Assembly: GCF_006345805.1 (NCBI RefSeq) | Contig: NC_043002.1 | Coordinates: forward strand, 40,548,001-40,612,000 | DNA from: Octopus sinensis | Lineage: Eukaryota | Reading direction: 5' to 3' | Length of the DNA stretch: 64,000 nt | Part shown: positions 54,379 through 64,000 of the stretch, one piece after another | Position numbering within the stretch: position 1 is the stretch's first letter | Layout of the letters: each line of letters begins with the position of its first letter | Notes under the pieces: model-generated | Databases searched by the model: none | Seen by the model: only the letters and a program-made list of their open reading frames with translations | What the model was told of the DNA's origin: nothing | Program-made: the position numbers and the translations under genes

Positions 54379-54850
54379 TGGATATTATTATAAAAGATCA
54401 GACAAAAAAGGTGTGTTTATTAATTGACATGAGTATTCCTTGCGGTTACAATATAACGGCGAAAGAATTTGACAAGATCAAGAAATATAAAGACTTGCCA
54501 ATAGAAATTGAAAAAAATGTGGCATCTCAAAGCAACTACAGTACCAGTGATTGTAGGATCTCTAGGAATTATAAAAAAAAGGCACTGAAGCCTATTTGAA
54601 AATGATACCAGTCTTACTATCCCTATAGGAAGTGCAAAAAATCGTGTTAACTGGAACAATTCATGTACTGAGAAGAGCATTATCACTGTGAAAACAACAT
54701 CCATTTATGGATTTATTAATTTTTTTAAATACATATCTTACCAGTGAATTTGCGTGTGTAATCTGGGAATGCATGCAATGAGCTTCTCTGCCCTAGGTGT
54801 ACGGAAAACCCCCGGCAAGAAATGGAAGAAAATTTGAAGAAGGAAAAAAA
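54378..54850 (+). mobile_element. 5'-truncated R4/Dong-clade non-LTR element (restriction-like endonuclease end + 3' UTR) in (TAA)n
   Basis: DIIIKD..K.CLLIDMSIP...KEFDKIKKYKDL..E...MWHLKATTVPVIVG...QKIVLTGT. (TAA)n upstream, A-tail plus taataa downstream. Confidence 0.85.
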
Positions 54851-54929
54851 ATAACAATAATAATAATATTAACCATAAATATCGCCTGGCCTTTTGTTGT
54901 TTTTTATTATTTGTATTTGCTTTGATATA

Positions 54930-55100
54930 CATCATCATCATCCTTATCTAACATCCGTTTTCCATGCTGGCATGGGTTGGATGGCTTCATAGGAACTGGT
55001 AAGTCAGAAGACTGCACCGAGTTCTGCTGTCTGTTTTGGTATGGTTTCTATGGTACAATGCCCTTCCTAATGACAATCACTTTACAAAGTGTACTGGATG
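54930..55100 (-). mobile_element. RTE 3'-end fragment
   Basis: Family motif. Confidence 0.7.
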
Positions 55101-55383
55101 CTTTTTACAAGGCAGAGACAGGGGGGGGAAGAGAGTGTGAGAGAAATAAAGAGGTGGTGACGGTGAGTAGGCTGGGGATTAGAAAGGGTGAGTGGATGAG
55201 TTCACGAGATTGTAAAAGGAGAGTGGTAGATGGAGGGCAGTTGTAATGAGTAGGTGGAAGGATGGAGTATTGGGAGGTTATGTTGTGGGCCAGGTTTGTT
55301 GGTAGGGGAGAGGAGAACAGATTGTGCGCAGGAGGCAAGACATGAACATACATACATACAAACATATATATATATATATATAT

Positions 55384-55628
55384 ATAAGAGGCATTAGCCA
55401 TCTGAATATGGCTAGGGACAGGGCAGGGTGGTGGGGGTGTTACTGTTGCATTTAGCCCCAGGCGAACATCAACGTCACCAGAAAGGCTTGACACCATCAC
55501 GGCGTTCTCTCGTGATGTTGTCAAGCCTTTCTGGTGACGTTGATGTTCGCCTGGGGCTAAATGCAACAGTAACACCCCCACCACCCTGCCCTGTCCCTAG
55601 CCATATTCAGATGGCTAATGCCTCTTAT
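55384..55628. repeat. Near-perfect hairpin, 118-bp arms, 9-nt loop
   Basis: 55384-55501 pairs with 55511-55628; single mismatch 55494/55518. Confidence 0.97.
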
Positions 55629-55714
55629 GTTATGGAGCAGTTACTGTCGATATCTCATTTAGAGAATTATTATTGCTATATATATATATATACATATATA
55701 TATATGTGTGTGTG

Positions 55715-56215
55715 TGATCCCCTTCGGTCAAGAATGACCATGGGATTGCACCTAGAAAGTTACCCTCAGCGGCACAAGTCTGGCAAGGTTGTTTATGGAA
55801 GACCAGCAGTTGCCCATGCATACCACCCTCCTCTCTCCATGCCATCAATGTTATCCAAGGGAAAGGCAAAAGCCGATACATCTTGGCACCAGTGACATTG
55901 CAGCTCATTTATTAACGTGCAAGTGGCCGAGCATTTCACAGACACGTGCACCCTTAACATAGTTCTTGGGGAGATTCAGCATGACACAGAGTGTGACAAG
56001 GTTGGTCCTTTGAAATACAGGTACAACAGAAACAGGAAGAAAGCATGAGAGAAAGTTGTGGTGAAAGAGTACAGCAGGGTTCACCACCACTCCCTGCTGG
56101 AGCCACATGGAGCTTTAGGTGTTTTTGCTCAATAAACACTTACAATGCCTGGTCTGGGAATTGAAACTGCGATCCTACAACTGCAAGTCCGCTTCCCAAG
56201 CTACTGGGCTATGTG
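55715..56215 (-). mobile_element. Composite tRNA-derived SINE with the CORE/V-family tail
   Basis: 55715-55880 is the reverse complement of the 15720-15900 tail; tRNA-like head near 56215. Confidence 0.7.
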
Positions 56216-57645
56216 GCCTGTCATGTTGAATTTTCCATGGTGTGCAATGGCTTCTTCAGACAAAATCAGACTATGCAGAATATGTGGAAGATTCAGTTGA
56301 TATTTCTAGAAGTTTGAATGACTGCATAGGGGTAACCTATCTTTTCCTCTCACTTGTAAAGGTGAAGATGTTGATATTTACATCTAAATTGATCTTAGAA
56401 TCTGAATGTTTGGAGTAAGAAGTATTATATTGTTGGATTCTCTACTTGCCATTGTTCATGAAGTAGAACTGGTTGCAATTTTTGTAAGTAGGCTATATTG
56501 TAGCAATAAGAGAAATATGCCTTGCCTAAGGGGCAAAATAAAATAGTTGCAGCTAAGTTCTAGCTGATTAAACTGTGATCAATAGCTCTAGTACTTTAAT
56601 GTTCTGGCTAATTACCATTAATTGAATACACTGTATTGGTTAAAATTTAATATGCACTTCAGTAGTTCAGTAAAAAAAAAAATATTTGTTATACTTAAAG
56701 TGAAAATGTACCATATAAGTAAAGAAAATCATATTTAAGTATATGCATATACGTATAGAAAGACATTACAATTTTATAGGAGAAAAAAATAAAGCATACA
56801 CACACACACACACACACATACATATCAATGTGTTGTCAGACACTGAAACACATTTTTAATGTCGACAATGGTTAATATCTACATACAGAACCATTAGTAA
56901 GAGTAAAGATAGCAAGGCAGGAAGAGAAAAATGCAAGAAACAGTGAAAAAAATAGAAATATTGGCAATGTAGAACACCTGCTGGTTCACATATTATTTTA
57001 ATAGCTTTATGGATTTTCTAATAGTTTCAAAGAAGAGTAAATAAAGAAATTATGTCAATGATTTAAGAAATATGCCAATTCTATAGAAGAAAGCAATTGT
57101 GAAATAGCTACACTTTAATTTTCTTCAAACTTTTGGAAGTTCAATTTATTATTCATATATAGAAGTAAGTAGTGTAAAATAATAAGTGTATTGTAGACAA
57201 AGGCATTAAAAACTGTACACTGTATAAGAGCATTTAATAATGATAACAACCAATGAACAGATGATAATGAGTAATGAAGCAATTCTAACAGATGACATAT
57301 CTCTTTGAGAAATTGAGAAATTATCCGAATGTAAAGATCTGTAAACAGAAATAACTAGATTGTGGGAATTGAAAATAGAAGCAAAGCTCTATAATGATAG
57401 ATGAATTGAAAGTGGTTATAGATACAGACAATTCATCAACTGGCTGAGTTTGCTCAGATTTCTAAGACTTGGTCATACTATCTTGAAACACAAGTAAACA
57501 TTTGAGATAGAAAGGACATCTGGCCATGGAATACTGCCTTAATAACTTTCATTCAACTCATGCCAGTATGAAAAAAAAAACATGTAAAAGCAATGATGAT
57601 GATGATACACAGGTTGGTAAGCTGGTTTTTGTTGCGTCCCCAAAG

Positions 57646-57990
57646 TCCATCTCCTCCTCACCATGGTGGGGACGCTGGCAATGGGTAGTGTCAGAGCTAT
57701 GCCGTCGGGAACTTCGGTTCCTGGTAGGGCCACCCAAGGCGGATTGGTCTGACACCGAGTGATATTAAGGCTACAACCCGGCAGACAGGGTTCTGGTGAA
57801 AATCTTTGGAGTGTCTGTTTTGGCAACCGGCAGCTCCTTGATCATTCTGTCCCTGCGTCTGCGGACAATCTGTGGCAAACAGGATGTCTCTACATGCAGG
57901 ATTGTTGGGGACCACTTGTGAAATCCACATATTCCCACGAAACTTTTTCCATGGTAGAAGAAGCCGACTCAACCCGCCCAGGATGAATGT
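57646..57990 (+). mobile_element. RTE 5' UTR-like fragment
   Basis: gagctatgccgtc...cctggtagggccacccaaggcgg resembles the BovB/Expander 5' UTR gagctatg..ggtagggYcacccaag (from recall). Confidence 0.6.
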
Positions 57991-58067
57991 TGCCACAAGT
58001 ACAAGTACACACATGCTAATACACACACACACACAACACACACACACACACACACACATCTATGGCA

Positions 58068-58280
58068 GTGAGCAGGCAGAATCTTTAGCATGCTGGGCAA
58101 AATGCTTAGCAGTATTTCATATGTCTTTATATTCTAAGTTCAATTTCTAATGAGGTCAACTTTGCCTTTCATCCTTTCTGGGTCAATAAAATAAGTACCA
58201 GTTGAGCACTGGGGTTAATGTAATCGACTTATAACCTCCCCCTAAATCGTTAATCTTGTGCCAAAATTTGAAATTAATAT
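58068..58280 (+). mobile_element. Deu/Nin-type SINE
   Basis: gtcaactttgcctttcatcctttctgggtcaataaaataagtaccag. Confidence 0.8.
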
Positions 58281-58614
58281 AAATACACACACACATATTT
58301 ATGTATATATAGTAAATCAATAACAACAGATAAAGTCAAATACAAAAAGAAACTAAGCCCAAGGGACATTCACAGTTAATATCATTATGTTGATGTTCAA
58401 AGAAGGAAAAAGAGTTATAAAGTGAAAGTTATGCAGTAAAAGTAAATGTTTCAGACATAGTCTTTTGTCAGATATACAGAGAAAAAAACTAGGGAAAAAA
58501 GAAAAATAACAGAGGAAAAGATAAGAAATAAACAGGAGCTTGGAAGATATACACATGTGGGTAACTCACATGTTCAATATATAATAAACAACTAGAATGC
58601 CAATGTGGTATGGG

Positions 58615-58648
<34 letters not shown>

Positions 58649-59849
58649 AAAAGGCACAGGTATAGATGTCATATATATATTTGCACACATATATTAGCAT
58701 ATATTAGCTGAATCAAGTGGCCCTATGATCAATTGGATTTCAGTTATGAACATGCTGTCTTTTATTCAGGCCTACATTATCTAATGTGAACTTCTGTTTA
58801 CAGTATGGTTGTGTGTTATACGAGGGAAATTTGGCTGCTATTTCCTGCAGGTCAAGCAGCCATGAGAAAGGCCCCCTTTAGCATTGCTTGTTATGTTATT
58901 TGATGAAGGAGAAGCCATACACAAAATCTTTGCAGGTCCTCCCATGCTAGCGTGAGCGATGTGTCCAATTATACCCAATTTGAACATTTGCCAGTCAATG
59001 TCTGCAGGAAAAAAATATGGATAAGCAAGGAAGGAGATGGAGTAGAGGAGAGGTCTGGTCTGAATGCATGCTGCAGAGTGGATTCTGGTAAAAAGCACTC
59101 AAAGACCAGGTGGTGGTGTTAAACTGTGTTAGGACTACCACCCAATTAACAAATAATTCCTAAATAGATCTAGTTCTATGAGAAATATTACTGCTGATGA
59201 GATCATAAAGACAGTTGGCACTAGTTATATTTACGTCAATGTACTAATTAATCATTTACAAAACATAATTCATACATACAATTCAACAACACGGTTTATA
59301 CAGCTTTCGGTTTATGAACACTTCCAGGATTTTTTTTTTCTTTTTCTATGTTTAAATATTTATTTATATTTTAGCTTTGAAAGAAACACTGGGTCTACGT
59401 ATAAATCAATAACTTTATGTCTATAGAAATATTTAAAAATGCCGACAAATACAGGCAGACACATACACAAACAAGATGATGGGCAGTTAGAATGAATAAT
59501 GTCAAACAGTTTGACATTTGAGAGGGACAGTGGAATAACAGCATCAACTGAACAGCAGACAAGATACCTCACAGTATTTAGCTACATCAGTTTATGCAGA
59601 GTTCAAATCCTGCCAATGGCTATCAACTGAATAATGGTTACAAGACTATAAAGCTTAAATGAAATCCACAATGAAAAACTGCTTTTACATCTAGGATGGT
59701 GGTGGTGGTGGTAGTAGTGCTGCTGCTGCTGAATATGAACATCCTAAACCATATTCTGAAGAAAGTCATCCAGCCATTTCGCAAAGGAATCATTTGCCAA
59801 CACACTTCAATGTCTATTTCACAAATTCATTGTTTCTTTGTCTTTTTTC

Positions 59850-60215
59850 TTTAACTTATCTCTGTCAATAGACTGTGACCATGTTGGGGCACTGCCTTGA
59901 AGGGTTTAGTCGAACATACTTATTTTTTAATCTTTGGTACTTATTATATTGGTCTCTTTTGCTGAATCATTAATGTTATTGGGATGTAATCAAACTAACA
60001 CCAGTTGTCATGCAGTGGAGGAAACAAACACAGAGATAAAGGCACGCACACACATATGATGGGCTTCCACATACTTTCTCTCAATCCAATTTACTCCGAA
60101 GGCATTGGTTGGTCTTGGGATATAATAAAAAACACTTGTTCAAGATGCTGCAGAGTGGGACTGAACCCAAAACCATGTAGTTACAATGTAAGCTTCTTAA
60201 TCACACAGCCATGCC
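59850..60215 (-). mobile_element. Older bipartite A/B SINE
   Basis: Diverged family motifs. Confidence 0.7.
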
Positions 60216-60637
60216 TACCATAAGTGTAAATGCATTTGTTCCTAAGGACAAGCTAGTTAAAGATCCCCTCCACCAAATTTTATCTGGGGCATGCTCAGCT
60301 CACCTCTTCTACAAGCTTATATTACCCTCTCAATCTATTTAGCTTCCCCCATTACATTAACTACTATACCCAACCCCCTCAGCTGAATAATACTGCTTTC
60401 TAAGTTTGCTTTTTCCTACAGTCATCAACTTAATGGTTGTGTCACCTAAATGTCGACAACATCATTATTGCAAAGCTTAGAAGGTCAACAGTCTGTGAAA
60501 GTCTTGTATACATCCCTTTGCTCTTGATTAAACCATCCAAAAATAATACACAGGAATATCAGCCTGGTTGCATTCTGTCTGGTCTCTCTATACATGTGTG
60601 TGTGTGTGTGTGTGTGTGTAAATAGAAAGATAAATCG

Positions 60638-60668
<31 letters not shown>

Positions 60669-60777
60669 AAGTTAATCCAAACATGAAAACACAAAGAGAA
60701 AATACAACAACGCGAGGACCGAGGACGTGGAACAAGTATAGTGCTATTGGACGCTCAGGAAAGGAAGGAAAGAAGGA

Positions 60778-60812
<35 letters not shown>

Positions 60813-60892
60813 GAGAGAGAGGTAGATAGCTACATTGATAGACTGACAGACAGACACACACACATATATATATAGAGAGATAGATGGATGAA

Positions 60893-61215
60893 GGCACATG
60901 GCTCAGTTGTCAGAGCAGTGGGCTCACAATCATGAGATAGTGAGTTCAATTCCCAGACCAGGTTGTGTTGTGTTCTTAAGCAAGACACTTTATCTCATGC
61001 TGCTCCAGTTTACTCATCTACAGAAATTAATTGCGATATCACTTGTGCCAAGCTGTATCAGCCTTTGCCTTTCCTTTGGATAACATCAGTGGTGTGGAGA
61101 GGGGAGGCTGGTATGCATGGGCAACTGCTGGTCTTCCATAAACGATCTTGTCCCGACTTGTGCCTTGGAGGGAAACATTCTAAGTGCAATCCCATGGTCA
61201 TTTATGATGGAAGGT
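60893..61215 (+). mobile_element. tRNA-derived CORE/V-like SINE
   Basis: Homologous to 15583-15910. Confidence 0.8.
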
Positions 61216-61592
61216 ATTTTTTAAAATTTTTTAATAAATAAATAGGTAGGTAGGTAGGTAGGTAGGTACGTACGTACGTAAGCAGGCAGGTAGATAGATA
61301 GATAGATAACCTGATTGACAGGCAGAAAGAGGATTATGGTGTCATACTGGTGCTAATTGCAATTAAACAAAGAAGTACTCAATACTATTAGGTAGAGTTG
61401 GATAACATTTATTCAAAGCAAAGTCTGTATAGGTTACTAGTTGAAGTTTCTAATTGATGTTCCTCATATAAATTATATGTACCATTGTATTGATCAGACA
61501 ATCAAATGTTGTTATATACTATTGGTCATGATGTGCCTCCTCAATTGTTGTAGCATTTAAATGATGCCGCTAGACAGGCAGACCAATGTGTT

Positions 61593-61628
<36 letters not shown>

Positions 61629-61846
61629 AGAGAGAGAGAGAGAGAGAAAGAGTGTTTGAAGTGGTGTACAGATATTGCATATTGAGAAAAAGAGGCAGTC
61701 AGAATTTTGGATAATTCTTACTTAGTTCATTTAACCAAAGTCTTCAAGGCAAAAATTATTTTGGTTTTAATTTTTATCTTGAAGACTTCAATTAAATGAA
61801 TGAAAGTGCTAATAAGGACCAACCAACCAACCATCCATCCATCCAT

Positions 61847-61898
<52 letters not shown>

Positions 61899-62811
61899 TA
61901 TATATATATGTTAGAGTAAGAGAGAGAGAGTGATGGCGAAGGTGTACCCTTAAGGTGCAAGGTGAATATGCAGAGAATAGGGATAGAGGAACAGAAAAGT
62001 TGGGTGGATAGGTAAGTTTGTAAGAAAAACACAGAAAATATCAGTATTTTATGCTTTTACATACACATATTTCAAGGAACCAACAGACACCTCGGTAACA
62101 TTAGCTACTGCAACTAAGTAGTAATTTGTGGGCATGTGGTTCAATTCTTGTTAGTTTGTTCATGACTTACTGTCTAAGGAGTATTTTACCCAATATATTA
62201 TGAGCTGTTATAGCTTATATGTATGTGTATATATTTTTATGATTAAGTTCAAATAACTATAATTTTTCTAACATAACAATAAAAGACCATATTCTTCAAG
62301 AATTTGACATGATCATTCCAGAAATCAATTGCATCTAGAATCTGGAATGTGGTACAGATATTGGATAAAAAAGCTTCATTTATAGTGATCAACAGAAGAA
62401 TTGTTTTCAATGATATCTAAGACTATGACTAAATTATGCCTCAAAGAAGAGAGTGTTATTTATGTACAATATTCATTAAGGATCTATAATCATTAAAGAT
62501 CATTTTCTTGTAGGAAAGATTTTATGGATAGCCTTTCAACTGATTACAATATTTATGAAGCTCTCATATGATAACAGGTTTATGGTTCTTGATTAGCATT
62601 CAATGTTCGACAAGTGGAAGAAGCAGATTTAAAATATTTAACTATAAAAATCAACCTCAAGAAAGACAAAATCTTAGAAAATCTGTCAACCATCAATGAG
62701 ATGTAATAGACACATGTTATTTAAGATGCAGAGGAAAGCTTAGATCTTAAAAGCAACAAGGTTTCCAACAAACTAAGTAATAAGTCTGAAATAGACAAGT
62801 AATCAGTGTAA

Positions 62812-62910
62812 AAGGCAAGCAATCAATATAAGAGGCAAGCAGTCAATATTGAAGGCAAGAATCGATACTAAAGCCAAGCAATCGATATTAAAGGCAAGCA
62901 ACCAATATAA
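62812..62910. repeat. ~20-bp minisatellite x5
   Basis: Variants of aaaggcaagcaatcaatat. Confidence 0.85.
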
Positions 62911-64000
62911 AACAAACAAACAATTGATTCAAGAATAAATTTTATAAATATTGAAAGAACAATAAATTTAATAAAAACACACACAAAAAAATTTTGATAT
63001 CCTATTGCAAATGGGGTAGTTTTTACAGATTATTAAAGATCTTTCTTGTGTAAAAGAATCTGTAAAGAATTTCCGGCTATTTTCTTTTCTTATTACGAGG
63101 AAGAATTTATAGATAAAATTTTTTCTAGAAGTATGGAGATTACAAAATTTTAACATAAATTTCAATAATAAAACAAAATATAGAATGGTATTTTTGGGAA
63201 GAAAAATGTTAGCGTATTATACAAGAATGGACATCAAACGCCAGCAAATCGCTTCCTGAATAATTATTGTAAAGTGATGTACTGAATGATTTTGTTTAAA
63301 GACAATATTGATCATTTAGAAGACTGGATTAAGAAATGGCTTTCTTTTTCTCATTTATTCCTAAGAAGCAAGAATTATTTAAAATTATGAATGCTTGTAA
63401 TAGAGAATCAATCTTATGATCACTACAAGAACAAATTATTACAATCTTGCATATTTTTATCTTAATTTTTCCATATAATATACAATGAAAAGATATGCTC
63501 AATAAACCCCCCACTCTCTCTCCAAGCAACTTTTTATCCATTTTCCAAAATTTTCCTTTATCTATCCCTACTTTACCAACTATCATTACACTGTACTTCA
63601 TTTGCTTTCCTTTTTCTTCTCATCATTTCTAAGAACTTTCAACTGATTCCGTCTTTAAAAAAGCAAAAATTTATACTCCAAATTTATATAATATATTTAA
63701 TAGATAGTCAAATATTTAATGGCTTGTTCTATTGCATTCTTCAGAAGTGTTCCACCTTTAGAATATCAAATTATTATCAGGTGTTTAGTACTAAAGCAAA
63801 AGAACAGGAAAAGATATCTTAGAGGAACTCCAGTTAATAAGCAAAGATGATGCTTCATCACATACAACTGTTAAGTATTGGGTGAGGGAATTTAACCTTT
63901 TGTCATTCAGATTACCCTGTCAAATGTAATACTTATCTATTCCCATTGATTTGAAGTAATCAAGCATTATCTTGTAGCTTTGAGATCTTGATGATGTGAT

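Noticed and set aside
58838-59098. 86-aa minus ORF with an internal acceptor (ttttttcctgcag)
   Set aside because: The peptide does not match the expected upstream copine exon (FGRTE..NPDF..FEE..FDL), and there is no good phase-2 donor. The true upstream exon is probably beyond 64000.
62171-62204. 34-nt minus-strand candidate exon with a GTAAGT donor
   Set aside because: Weak acceptor, asymmetric length, and no copine similarity.

Overview
AT-rich, microsatellite-dense animal genomic DNA. The repeat families (tRNA-derived SINEs, RTE/CR1/Dong LINEs, Penelope-like elements, mariners, a Helitron) look like octopus/cephalopod, which is an inference. The window lies almost entirely inside introns of one minus-strand copine (CPNE5/8/9-like) gene. 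Three small exons (52450-52411, 43675-43605, 528-497) splice in frame to YDVDCKSANLDKH-DFLGKLECTLAEIMIANRYVKRL-H-GPKRDSGVII, the end of the C2A domain. None of the supplied ORFs describes this gene. Main highlights: (1) the 71-nt exon is present twice in a near-identical 1594-bp tandem duplication, and including both copies would create a premature stop; (2) a 45-nt phase-2/2 candidate cassette microexon at 28466-28422 fits the frame exactly; (3) a set of foldback or repeat elements carries minimal type I hammerhead ribozyme motifs, one apparently complete at 29332-29420; (4) a near-perfect 118-bp-arm GC-rich hairpin sits at 55384-55628. Exon and hairpin coordinates were counted by hand. Repeat boundaries are approximate.
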